DNA of 64,000 nucleotides from Nostoc sp. (lineage in GTDB: Bacteria; Cyanobacteriota; Cyanobacteriia; Cyanobacteriales; Nostocaceae). Below are positions 1 to 9,555 of the stretch, one piece after another. The stretch covers positions 20,129 through 84,128 of the forward strand of contig JBALDB010000047.1 in NCBI GenBank assembly GCA_036918135.1, in the 5' to 3' direction. Made by a program: the position numbers and the translations under genes. The notes beneath the pieces were generated by a model that was given only the letters and a program-made list of their open reading frames with translations, was not told the DNA's origin and made no database searches. Positions within the stretch are counted from its first letter, which is position 1. The number at the start of each line of letters is the position of its first letter.

Positions 1-532
1 TGTTTAGGTGCTGAGCATCGATGGCATTAATCATCACCACATTAGGGTGACAATTCATTAAGAAGTGGGAATGGATAGCAATATCACACTCTTTTTGTTC
101 TAATTCTGGTACAAAAGGTAGAGGTTGTTGGGGAATTTCTCCAGTCCAAACCCAAATCATCCCGTACTTTTCAGCAGTCGGCCAAGATTCTAACTTCAAA
201 GAAAGTGGCGTATCTAAACATGGGATATCAATACACATCCCTTCACTATCAAACTTCCAGTGATGGAAAAAACAGCGTAGTGCATTCCCCTCAACTTTGC
301 CTTCAGCAAGGTGAGCGCCCATGTGGGGACAGTAGGCATCAAAAGTCACTACTTTTGTGTCTTTACCACGATAAATAACTAGTTCTCTGCCCAAAATTGT
401 GACAGGTTTGACTTCACCTACCCGCAGATTTTGAGAGGGTATTACCCAATACCATCCTTCAATAAAACACTCTACATTATTAAAAGTTTTAGGTTTACGG
501 GTTGAGTTAAAAGCCTGGGAGTTGAGATTCAT
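1..532 (-). CDS. Rieske [2Fe-2S] ring-hydroxylating oxygenase (5' part; runs off window)
   Basis: Manual translation from ATG at 532: MNLNSQAF...GWYWV...DAYCPHMGAHLAEGKVEGNALRCFFHHWKF, containing the Rieske CxH...CxxH motif. Confidence 0.85.
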   Translation of the reverse strand, partial: MNLNSQAFNSTRKPKTFNNVECFIEGWYWVIPSQNLRVGEVKPVTILGRELVIYRGKDTKVVTFDAYCPHMGAHLAEGKVEGNALRCFFHHWKFDSEGMCIDIPCLDTPLSLKLESWPTAEKYGMIWVWTGEIPQQPLPFVPELEQKECDIAIHSHFLMNCHPNVVMINAIDAQHLN

Positions 533-836
533 TTTTATAGTTTCACTTCCAGTGAAGCGGTTAATCTAGAAGTAGCATGGAAACTATAAACAAACAGTTA
601 CTTTCAGTACTAGCCTAACAAATTACCCAATAAATTAATATAAAAAACTTAAATGATTATCTGGAAAATGTTAAAACTATAGCAACTAAATCTCAACTGA
701 CATAAGCTGGTATAGGCTGACAATAAATCTCTGAAAAATTATTATTCAGAAAAATTTATAATTTGCTAATAATTATAGATACCGATTTGAAAATTTGGCT
801 ATACAACTTCTAATTTTAACGAAAACCTAGAGTACA

Positions 837-850
837 GTAATATTCGTTAC
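837..850. promoter_or_regulatory. Possible NtcA box
   Basis: GTA-ATATTCGT-TAC (GTA-N8-TAC) about 300 bp upstream of the Rieske gene; no well-spaced -10 box. Confidence 0.2.
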
Positions 851-924
851 GAACTGCTAAATTATTCACAAATTTAATGTTTCAATTATGTAATAATAGT
901 CACAAAAATGAAAATATCCAGTGT

Positions 925-1093
925 TAGGTAACTCCAACAAATAAATTGTCCCGTTTCAAGTTGATGACTGACGAGAGCCAGTTGCTACCCTATAGAAACG
1001 CTAAGAGCGAACAACTCCGGGAAAATACGCAACGCACTGGCTCGTGATGACTGTTAACTGTCAACAGTGGATATTTTTATTTGTCAGTCTCTA
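925..1093. repeat. Dispersed MITE-like repeat with a nested small dispersed repeat; related pieces at about 15095-15310
   Basis: Shared segments aaataaatt(g/a)tcc.gttt.aagttg.tgactga, tttttatttgtcagtc.ctaa and gag.cagttgctaccct..aga.acgctaa. Confidence 0.55.
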
Positions 1094-1192
1094 ACAGCAC
1101 TCCCAATAACTATCATGACCAATGACCACTAAAAATGTGAAATCCCACAACCAACAGGCGTGGGACTGGCTCAAATAAGTTTTTCGGCAATT

Positions 1193-1969
1193 TTACATTT
1201 GATCCAATTGCTTGCGTAGGGAATCCAACTCAGCATCAACTACTTCATTAGATTTAGGAGTAGCCGTTTGTTGTTGAGGTGGGAGTTGCGGTTGACTTTG
1301 TGGAGTGGCGGGTGGTAATATTTGCGCTTTTAAAGCAGCCAATTCATCATCAACATCGCTACTACCTTCTAAGCGGGCAAATTGGCTTTCTAAATCGGCA
1401 CCTGCCAACTCTCCTGCTGACTGGGCACGGGCTTCTTGCATCAAGACTTTTTCTTCCATCCGCTCGAAGGCAGCCATTGCACTACTGGTATTCATCCCAC
1501 GCACCATACCTTGAAGTTGTTCTTGGGCTTTGGCAGTGGTAATCCGAGCTTTGAGCATTTCTTTCTTAGTCTTAGCCTCAGAAATTTTGCTTTCTAACTG
1601 GATTAAGTTGCGCTTGAGCGTTTCAACTTGGGTGCTTTGTTGATCTAAGCTGGCTTTGAGCGCTCCGCTAGTGTCAGTATAAGTTTTCTTCCGCTCTAAG
1701 GCTTGTCGTGCTAAGTTTTCATCACCTTTTTGCAGCGCCAGTTGAGCATTGCGTTGCCACTTATTGATTTCATTTTGAGCATCAGTATACTGTTTATCAG
1801 TGCGTTTTTGAGCGGCGATCGCCTGGGCTACTCCCTGACGTAGTTGAACCAAGTCCTCCTGCATTTCCAGGATGGCTTGCTCTAGCATTTTTTCGGGGTC
1901 TTCGGCTTTGTTAACTAAGTCATTGAGGTTAGCGCTAACAACTCGTTTAATACGATCGAATAATCCCAT
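1193..1969 (-). CDS. vipp1: Vipp1/IM30 (PspA family)
   Basis: MGLFDRIKRVVSANLN...AEDPEKMLEQ, coiled coil, and a Pro/Gln linker plus extra C-terminal helix typical of Vipp1. Confidence 0.93.
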   Translation of the reverse strand: MGLFDRIKRVVSANLNDLVNKAEDPEKMLEQAILEMQEDLVQLRQGVAQAIAAQKRTDKQYTDAQNEINKWQRNAQLALQKGDENLARQALERKKTYTDTSGALKASLDQQSTQVETLKRNLIQLESKISEAKTKKEMLKARITTAKAQEQLQGMVRGMNTSSAMAAFERMEEKVLMQEARAQSAGELAGADLESQFARLEGSSDVDDELAALKAQILPPATPQSQPQLPPQQQTATPKSNEVVDAELDSLRKQLDQM

Positions 1970-2132
1970 AACTTTGTTTTTCCTTCTTTCGGTTTACGCT
2001 CTTTGTTGGACAGTTAGCTTTTTTACTTTTTAATAGCTACCTATTTCAATGTAATCTTTCCAGTTTGAATCAGTACCTTCCAACAACTCTTAATTGTTAA
2101 GATATCTCGAAGCTGCGGTAATTTACCCGACT

Positions 2133-2888
2133 TCAAGAGTCCTGTGTTTTGGGTAGCTGCTGTTGGGGAGGCTGCCCTATATTCTGGTTGTCTTCCATGA
2201 GGCGATTGTTGGGCTGTATGTTTTCTGCCTCATTTAAAACCTGCACCTTCATCGCTGCCAATTCGGCATCCACATCATTAGTAGATTCTAAGGAGGCAAA
2301 TTGTGTTTCCAGTCGATCGCTACTAAGTTGAGCAATTGCTTCTGATTTAGCTTCTATTTGCAAAACTTTTTCTTCCATCCGCTCAAAAGCATTCAAACTG
2401 CTGGTTGTAGATACTCCGTCGAGCATTTCTTGCAGGCGATAAGAGGCTTCAGCAGAACGAGCGCGAGCAATATACATATCTTTTTTAGTTTTCGCTTCGG
2501 CAATTTTTAACTCTAGCGAGCGCATATCCTTTTTCAGCCTAGCTACGATCTCATTTTGCTGTTCTATCTGGTTAAATAGGGCTGTACTGGTTTCTTTATA
2601 AGCTTGGCGCTTAGTTAAAGCTTCCCGTGCTAGAGGTTCGTTGCCTTGTCGCAATGCTAGCTGAGCGCGGCGATACCATTCTTCGGCTTGGGACTCGGCA
2701 GCAGCAGCTTGTCGTTCGGTGCGTTTTTGGGTAGCGATCGCTTGTGCTACACCCTGCCTTAACCGCACTAGATTTTCTTGCATCTCCATCACAGTTTGCT
2801 CCAGAATCTTTTCTGGATCTTCTGTACTGCTTACCAAACTATTGAGGTTAGCGCGAATCACCCGCAGGATACGCTTGATTAACTCCAT
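2133..2888 (-). CDS. pspA: PspA/IM30 family paralog
   Basis: MELIKRILRVIRANLN...EDPEKILEQ...AFERMEEKVLQ; start placed at the internal ATG. Confidence 0.88.
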   Translation of the reverse strand: MELIKRILRVIRANLNSLVSSTEDPEKILEQTVMEMQENLVRLRQGVAQAIATQKRTERQAAAAESQAEEWYRRAQLALRQGNEPLAREALTKRQAYKETSTALFNQIEQQNEIVARLKKDMRSLELKIAEAKTKKDMYIARARSAEASYRLQEMLDGVSTTSSLNAFERMEEKVLQIEAKSEAIAQLSSDRLETQFASLESTNDVDAELAAMKVQVLNEAENIQPNNRLMEDNQNIGQPPQQQLPKTQDS

Positions 2889-3222
2889 CTCTGCTCTCCA
2901 TTCATGAAACTGAGTCACCGTTCGCCTTTTGCGTCTCCCTTTAAGAGAAGTTCCGATGTCTGACGACTAGGCCGATGCAGCGTCTACGGCGCAAGCCGCC
3001 GAGTCGTGACTTCTCGCGCTCGTGCTGTGTGTTGAGTACCCTAATAGACTCTTAAGTATAAAAAAATCGTAGTAGGGTCGTCAACAAGCAAGATTTTATC
3101 TTTACTACTCATCAATTCCTCACTCAACACTTTTAACTCAGCACTGGCTCAACGCCCCCAAGAAAGCTAACAGTACTCAAAACTCAGCACTGTGATCTCA
3201 TGGTATCGTAGATTTTTGCGAC

Positions 3223-4575
3223 TTATGGCTGTTGAACTCGTGCTTTAATTCCTCTTGTCTGTAATAATTGCATCTGTTTTTGTACTTGCTCTTTAGTTTT
3301 AAAAGCACCCAGAAAAATCAATTGTTTGTTATCTGATAAATATGCATCGGGAACTACTTGCTTTGCTGAAGCTAAAGCAGCGCCTTGATTGTCTATGACT
3401 ATGTGATATAGCCCATCTGTAGATGGTTTGATTTGTGCATTTGGCTGAGTTGAGGTTTTTGGCTTTGGAGTGGGGGACAAATTCACATCAGGTAAGGGCT
3501 TTGCCGTCGGTACAGGTGCTAGAGCTATGGGATTTCTTGGTTTTAGGGGTGTGATGGAGTCAGGCAATGTAGCTTGAGGATTTGCCGGGTTTTGGGGAAT
3601 AACTGGATTCGTTACGACTGGAGGCGTTGGTTGGACTTTGGGTTTTAAGCCAACTAGATCGTTGGGGTTTCTCACCTCAGGAAACTCTTCATTAGCCAAA
3701 TTAGGATATTTGGGTATAGATGTACTTGGTGGCTGGATCTGAGATTGGACATTAGTTGCAACTTCCTGAGTATTTTCTGGTGCAGCAGGCGAGTTACTAT
3801 TAAACAACTTGCCTAAATTCCACTGTGGCAAGCTTTTAGGATTAAAAACTATATAACCCAAGGTAAGACTTGCCACTAATAGCAGCAACATCGAGCCAAT
3901 ACCCAAAGGTGATAGCAAACTGTCACTATAGTTACTTGGTTTTTTAGTTTGTGGCTGTTCTTCTGTCAGACTTCGCAGCAGTGCTTCACTAGATTCCAAA
4001 TAGTCATCTGGCTGCTTAATGGTATCATCCGGCTGCACGAGATTTTCGCCTTTAGTATCTTTGACGACTGTTGGCACGATACTGCTACTAAAGTTAGGCG
4101 GCGGTGGTGGAAGTTGAGTTTGTTTTTTAGCAGCATCCAAGTCAGACGAAACGTTACTAGTCTCATTCAAATCCTCAGTGTTTACCGTTACTGATTCCGA
4201 GTTGCCCTCAGAATTCACCGCTACAGACATCGGTCGTTCGTCAATTTTGACCACGGTTACTGCTGGAGTTACCTGAGGATTCACAGGTGCAGACACAGGG
4301 GGAGGTGGTGGTACATTAGTTTTAGTTTCTGCTCCTGATGGTACAGTTGTACCCGATGCTGTAGAAACGGCAGTGAACTGCTGAGGTTGAGTGTTAATGT
4401 AACTCCCAACACGTAGCTGGTTAGGGGACACCGAACCAGTTCGCGTGCGTCGGTATCGAGCTAACTCTCGATCTAATGGCACCTCTAAACTTGCCAGTGC
4501 TGCTGCTAGTGCTGGTTTCAACCCAGGTATTTTAGACGATTGAGTACCGGAATCATTCAGGGAGTTTTGAGTCAT
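3223..4575 (-). CDS. Pro-rich single-pass membrane protein with C-terminal SPOR-like domain
   Basis: 450-aa ORF, one TM helix (LGIGSMLLLLVASLTLGYIVF), C-terminal IFLGAFKTKE...LQTRGIKARV. Confidence 0.7.
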   Translation of the reverse strand: MTQNSLNDSGTQSSKIPGLKPALAAALASLEVPLDRELARYRRTRTGSVSPNQLRVGSYINTQPQQFTAVSTASGTTVPSGAETKTNVPPPPPVSAPVNPQVTPAVTVVKIDERPMSVAVNSEGNSESVTVNTEDLNETSNVSSDLDAAKKQTQLPPPPPNFSSSIVPTVVKDTKGENLVQPDDTIKQPDDYLESSEALLRSLTEEQPQTKKPSNYSDSLLSPLGIGSMLLLLVASLTLGYIVFNPKSLPQWNLGKLFNSNSPAAPENTQEVATNVQSQIQPPSTSIPKYPNLANEEFPEVRNPNDLVGLKPKVQPTPPVVTNPVIPQNPANPQATLPDSITPLKPRNPIALAPVPTAKPLPDVNLSPTPKPKTSTQPNAQIKPSTDGLYHIVIDNQGAALASAKQVVPDAYLSDNKQLIFLGAFKTKEQVQKQMQLLQTRGIKARVQQP

Positions 4576-4670
4576 TACCTCTACACCTCAAACGTAGATT
4601 GCTGGAATTAACTTTAGACATATTTGTGCCAATATTAGCGAAAATTACTTAGAAGTGGGCATGGGGCAAA

Positions 4671-4772
4671 CAGGGAGTATGGGAGGTGTGGGAGGATAGG
4701 GAAGAAATCTTTCCCCCCCTCTCTCCCCATACTCCCCACACCTCCCCATCTCCCCATCTCCCCTATCTCCCT
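4671..4772. repeat. Short tandem repeats in inverted arrangement (hairpin-forming)
   Basis: gggagtatgggaggtgtgggagg ... ctccccatactccccacacctccccatctcccc. Confidence 0.65.
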
Positions 4773-4783
4773 AACTTTTAATA

Positions 4784-5326
4784 ATGTCGTTGAAATCAGT
4801 TAATGATATTTTGGACGTTCTAGAAAAGCAGGCTAAATGGCAGGAGCAACCATTTCAACGCTTGCTCAAGTGTTGGACAGAGGTTGTTGGCTCTGTGGTT
4901 GCGGCACAGACTCGACCATTGTCGATTCAGCGTGATGTTTTGTGGGTAGCAACCTCAAGTGCAGCTTGGGCGCAAAACCTGACTTTTGGTCGCTCGCCTC
5001 TACTTTTAAAGTTGAATAAAAAGCTGCCAACACCTTTGGTTGATATTCGCTTCTCAACTGCTGGTTGGCAACATCCATCTGTAGAGCCAAAACAGCAACA
5101 AACAATTTCGCCTCACGAGCATCCCAGTTATCTTAGCGATCGCATTAGCCGCCCTGATAGTAGACCCAGTATCCAAGATGCGAATGCTGCTTTTGGGCAT
5201 TGGGCTAAGATTGTGCAAGCGCGATCGCATAATCTACCTCTTTGTCCTCAATGTCAATGCCCCACCCCACTCGGTGAACTCCAGCGTTGGAGTGTCTGCT
5301 CTATCTGTGCTGCTAAGCAATTTTGA
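4784..5326 (+). CDS. DUF721/DciA-family protein with C-terminal Zn ribbon
   Basis: WTEVVG...TRPLSIQRDVLWVATSSAAWAQNL motif; CPQC...CSIC. Confidence 0.85.
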   Translation: MSLKSVNDILDVLEKQAKWQEQPFQRLLKCWTEVVGSVVAAQTRPLSIQRDVLWVATSSAAWAQNLTFGRSPLLLKLNKKLPTPLVDIRFSTAGWQHPSVEPKQQQTISPHEHPSYLSDRISRPDSRPSIQDANAAFGHWAKIVQARSHNLPLCPQCQCPTPLGELQRWSVCSICAAKQF

Positions 5327-5859
5327 AGTTAGTCAATCTTGACCGAAAAAGCAGGAAAGCATCTGTTTATTTTTGCGCTCGCTGTAGTAGAGAAATTAAA
5401 TTTATCTCTAGCATCACAAATACAGCAACTAAATTTCTTTATGGAAAACGAACAAATATCCTTAAGTAACTTGGTGCAACCACATACAATAATTTTGATG
5501 AATAAAAAAATAGATATTCTAGCAGTAAAATATTCAGGATGCGATATCAATGCACACTATTTATCTGAAATTCTCTGCTTTCAGCTATTCTTAAGGAGGA
5601 AGTTAAAACGCTAGATAAATTCAAAACTTCAATTTTACTCTTGATCCCTAGTTATTTTTAGCTAAAAGCTATGGGTGGGCACTCTAGGAAAGATTTAAAA
5701 ATATAACAACAATATAAAAATATTCTAAAATTTATTTTTTCATTGGGATCGCTGAAACCTAGAGCAAATAATGATTCTTTGCCTCTTCTCTCTCTTTATA
5801 TATAGAAGCAAAATATAAGGATGAAACTTAGCCTGAAACGGCACTAAAGATGAACCCAA

Positions 5860-6144
5860 ATGAAACCCATTAAATTTTTAGCATCTGCCTGTAGATATTG
5901 CCGTCATTACCAGCCAGAGGGTCGTCGTGGTGGAATGTGCGAGCAATTGGGAGCGCCAGTTCAAGCAAGCTGGAAGGCTTGCTCTTTGGCGCTACCACCT
6001 TTTGCACCTTCTTGGGAAACTTTGGAAGATGTTTGGGGTTTGGCAGATGTAAAACCAGTTTTAGCTTCTTCTCAGTCTCTAGCCTCAGATTTAGAGAATG
6101 CTCCTCTTGCTCTTGTACAGGAAACAACTGTTTCTACTTCCTAA
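5860..6144 (+). CDS. Small Cys-containing hypothetical protein
   Basis: ATG ORF with CRYCRHY...GGMC...WKAC...FAPSWE, resembling a conserved cyanobacterial small protein. Confidence 0.7.
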   Translation: MKPIKFLASACRYCRHYQPEGRRGGMCEQLGAPVQASWKACSLALPPFAPSWETLEDVWGLADVKPVLASSQSLASDLENAPLALVQETTVSTS

Positions 6145-6261
6145 GAGGCTAAGACTAAAACTGTGCTTATTTAGTCACTCATTATTACTCAACTGAGTTC
6201 GTAGTCTGCTTAAAATAATATTTGTTTTTAAGATTTTTAGTGCTGTAAATTTTGACATCTA

Positions 6262-6296
6262 CAAAAATCGCACCCTTTGGGAAGGTGCGATTTTTG
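6262..6296. terminator. Intrinsic terminator after menB (possibly bidirectional)
   Basis: CAAAAATCGCACC-loop-GGTGCGATTTTTG perfect stem with A/T tails. Confidence 0.8.
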
Positions 6297-6300
6297 CAAT

Positions 6301-7134
6301 TTAAGGTAGCCAAGGAAAAGAGCGAAAATCTGGTGGACGTTTTTCGAGAAACGCTTTTTTGCCTTCAGACCCTTCTTCTGTCATGTAATACAGTAAGGTG
6401 GCATTGCCAGCGAGTTCCTGTAAACCAGCTTGTCCGTCACAGTCAGCGTTGAATGCAGCTTTGAGACAGCGAATTGCAATCGGACTTTTTTCTAAAATTT
6501 CTTGCGCCCATTGAATACCTTCGGCTTCTAGTTGTTCGACTGGGACGATGCAATTAATTAAGCCCATTTCTAGAGCTTGTTGTGCATTATATTGACGGCA
6601 GAGAAACCAAATTTCCCGGGCTTTTTTTTGTCCCACGATGCGGGCAAGATAACTGGCACCAAAACCACCATCAAAACTGCCAACTTTCGGTCCAGTCTGT
6701 CCGAAAATGGCGTTATCAGCGGCGATGGTAAGGTCGCAAATCAAGTGTAGGACATGTCCACCACCGATCGCATATCCAGCTACCAAAGCGATCGCTACTT
6801 TGGGCATGGAACGAATCAAGCGTTGTAAATCCAGCACATTTAGGCGGGGTATGCCAGTATCATCCACATAACCAGCATGTCCGCGCACGCTTTGGTCGCC
6901 ACCAGCACAAAAAGCATATTTACCATCAGTGTGTGGGCCATATCCAGTGAATAAGACAACACCAATAGTAGTATCTTCACGAGCATCACAGAAAGCATCG
7001 TAAAGTTCAAAGACGGTTTTAGGACGGAAAGCATTGCGTTTGTGGGGACGGTTGATGGTGATTTTCGCAATACCATCAGTTTTTTGATACAGAATATCTT
7101 CGTACGATTTAGCAGTTTGCCAGTTGATTTGCAT
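6301..7134 (-). CDS. menB: 1,4-dihydroxy-2-naphthoyl-CoA synthase
   Basis: [31 protein letters not shown] motifs. Confidence 0.97.
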   Translation of the reverse strand: MQINWQTAKSYEDILYQKTDGIAKITINRPHKRNAFRPKTVFELYDAFCDAREDTTIGVVLFTGYGPHTDGKYAFCAGGDQSVRGHAGYVDDTGIPRLNVLDLQRLIRSMPKVAIALVAGYAIGGGHVLHLICDLTIAADNAIFGQTGPKVGSFDGGFGASYLARIVGQKKAREIWFLCRQYNAQQALEMGLINCIVPVEQLEAEGIQWAQEILEKSPIAIRCLKAAFNADCDGQAGLQELAGNATLLYYMTEEGSEGKKAFLEKRPPDFRSFPWLP

Positions 7135-7270
7135 TGGTCTGGAGTGCGCTATTGCTTCGAGAATTTTATCGCGGACGTGGGGAGTTGCGATACCTGCGGT
7201 GGGCTACGCCTTAGCTAAGATTAATGTCTCAAGCTTTACAATCAGGGCTGGTAATTGATTAGCAATCACA

Positions 7271-8095
7271 ATGCGACGCGACTCCATCTTCTATAAATTG
7301 TTTAAACAATTTCCAGGATTGCTATTTGAATTAGTAGATCAACCACCCTCAGAAGCAGCAGAGTACCAGTTTGAATCGGTTGAGGTTAAAGAAACGGCCT
7401 TCCGAATTGATGGAGTGTTTTTACCTCCTGACAATGCAGTTTCTAAAATTGTTTTCTTTGCTGAAGTCCAGTTTCAGAAGGATGAAGATTTATATCACCG
7501 CTTCTTTAGCGAGTTGTTTTTGTTTCTCTACCGTCACTCAATTCGTTACGATGACTGGTTTGGAGTACTGATTTTTCCTTCTCGCAGTCTGGAACCATCA
7601 AATGTAATGATTCACCGCGCTTTGTTGGAAAGCAGACAAGTCAGTCGGGTTTATCTCGATGAGTTGGGGGATTTACGAGAACAACCTTTGGGATTGGGTT
7701 TGATGTTGCTAACAAATGTTACTTCTGAAACCGAAGCAGTGGAAGGGGCGCGGTTTTTGCTTGAACAAGCACGACAACAGTCAGAGCAAGCGATAATTGA
7801 TTTAGTGACAACGATTATTGTTTACAAGTTTTCTACCCTGAGTCGAGAGGAGATTGAAACGATGTTGAGACTGAATCAAGAAGAACCACGGGCTATTCGG
7901 GAAGCGAAGGAAGAAGGAGAAAGAATAATCGTTTTACGACTATTAAATCGGCGCGTGGGTAATATTCCTGATGCGGTTCTGTCCCAGATTCAAGGGTTAT
8001 CGGTGGAACAGTTAGAAGCTTTAGGTGATGCTTTGTTAGATTTCTCTACTCTTGCTGATTTGGAAGGATGGTTACAAGGTCAACCAGGAGGGTAG
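7271..8095 (+). CDS. Rpn-family PD-(D/E)xK nuclease (DUF2887) with C-terminal DUF4351
   Basis: DSIFYKLF...SVEVKETAFRIDGVF...FAEVQFQKD; C-terminal LSVEQLEALGDALLDFSTLADLEGWL. Confidence 0.9.
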   Translation: MRRDSIFYKLFKQFPGLLFELVDQPPSEAAEYQFESVEVKETAFRIDGVFLPPDNAVSKIVFFAEVQFQKDEDLYHRFFSELFLFLYRHSIRYDDWFGVLIFPSRSLEPSNVMIHRALLESRQVSRVYLDELGDLREQPLGLGLMLLTNVTSETEAVEGARFLLEQARQQSEQAIIDLVTTIIVYKFSTLSREEIETMLRLNQEEPRAIREAKEEGERIIVLRLLNRRVGNIPDAVLSQIQGLSVEQLEALGDALLDFSTLADLEGWLQGQPGG

Positions 8096-8147
8096 GTTTC
8101 ACCCAGAGTGGCATAAAAGGAGAGCGATCGCACTCCGTAAAATAATT

Positions 8148-8358
8148 ATGGCTACGAATAAAGTTTCCTATAGTGAAGAAGCATTTGCAGAGACGCGGGT
8201 ATGTCAGGAAGCGGTGGAAGAAGGAGTGCGATCGCTCGTCCTGCGACTGTTAAAACGGCTATTTGGTGAAATTGCTGAGGAACGTTGGAAGCCTTAGCTT
8301 TGACGTTATTGGAATTGAGATTGCGATCACTGATTTGAAAGGGTAGTTACAAAATTAA
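8148..8358 (+). pseudogene. Degenerate stand-alone DUF4351 (Rpn C-terminal) copy
   Basis: ETRVCQEAVEEGVRSLVLRLLKRLFGEI, then frameshifted LEALALTLLE and a decayed end. Confidence 0.6.
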
Positions 8359-8464
8359 ACAGTAGATTCATACGTTAACTTTCTCGGTTTTCTGAATATC
8401 TTAAAGCTTCATATTTTCAGCAATAAGCTCTTGAGCGCGAGCTTGAAATTTAACAAATTATCGA

Positions 8465-8881
8465 TTGATTTTTCAGTCTCATATTTTCAACCGTGTAAAA
8501 GGCAAATTCAGCATTTTTCTTCCCACTATTAAAAACCTTCATGATACATCACAATTTTTAACAAAGAAAATTGAAGTGATTACACAGATACAAGTTTATG
8601 AGTTTGTTGTGTGGCATGTTCTTGCACTAATTCAATCTATCAATTTTGCAACAAGCAGTCTTACAGATAAGCAAAAGATGAATATCAAAGGATTTATAAT
8701 AAACGAATCCGATAAAATAAGAGAAGGACTTCAATTCTCAAAAGTTATGGACAAGATTGCATTAAACATAATAGATATAGTAGGACCAGTCTCAGAAATT
8801 ACTCAAGAACCCCTTAGCTTATCAAGTATTTTGAATATTCTTGAACTATGGACAATACTTGAAAAAAAGCGAGATGAATAA
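8465..8881 (+). CDS. AT-rich hypothetical protein (start uncertain)
   Basis: 138-codon ORF, no recognised motif. Confidence 0.4.
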   Translation: MIFQSHIFNRVKGKFSIFLPTIKNLHDTSQFLTKKIEVITQIQVYEFVVWHVLALIQSINFATSSLTDKQKMNIKGFIINESDKIREGLQFSKVMDKIALNIIDIVGPVSEITQEPLSLSSILNILELWTILEKKRDE

Positions 8882-8950
8882 TGTAATGTTTATATTCTCA
8901 ACGTAAAGCTTAGATCCCAATTAGCTTAACTTTATGTATTAAATATACAT

Positions 8951-9337
8951 TCATTCATCTTCTGCCCATCTAAAATTTGGAAAATCAGGTGGTAATAATT
9001 TTGATTCATCAGGATATAAACTTTCATATTCTGCTTTAGAAAGCTTTTTATATCTTTCTCTGGAGTTATCTGAAAAAAACTCTTTTTTCAGTATTGAGAA
9101 ATGTCTGCCAAGAGTTGGTATTGCTAAATACTGTTCATGAAAAAGTCCAACGATTATAACTTCAAAAGAGTTACTAACAGGGGTTGTAAGACTACTACCC
9201 TCTAGACTATTTACTAGATATTTTTGACCAATTTGAAGATTATTATGTCCAGTAGTTGCAACTAAGGTAATAATGGAGGGAGTTTCACCAAGTGAATCAA
9301 TTGGTATATAAGGAAGAGGTAAGTATACTTCTTTCAT
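8951..9337 (-). CDS. AT-rich hypothetical protein
   Basis: 128-codon ATG ORF open in very AT-rich DNA. Confidence 0.55.
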   Translation of the reverse strand: MKEVYLPLPYIPIDSLGETPSIITLVATTGHNNLQIGQKYLVNSLEGSSLTTPVSNSFEVIIVGLFHEQYLAIPTLGRHFSILKKEFFSDNSRERYKKLSKAEYESLYPDESKLLPPDFPNFRWAEDE

Positions 9338-9555
9338 ATTATTCTTAATTATTGAAATATAATTAGTCTTGATAATTAAACACTACATACTTCATTATAG
9401 TCAAGTTATTTAGAGAAAATTGATCAAAAATGTACGCTAACATAATACTTGTGATTATCGATTATAACTGGTAATAATTGTGGTAAAGCCTTTTTAACTT
9501 TAACACCACAAGTAGATTATTTCATCTAGCTATTAAACAATACCTAACGGAATAG

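Noticed and set aside
1193..2918. Tandem vipp1/pspA as a novelty
   Set aside because: A common arrangement in cyanobacteria.
5329..5614. Short ORFs on both strands after the DUF721 gene
   Set aside because: AT-rich, non-ATG starts, no motif; probably intergenic.
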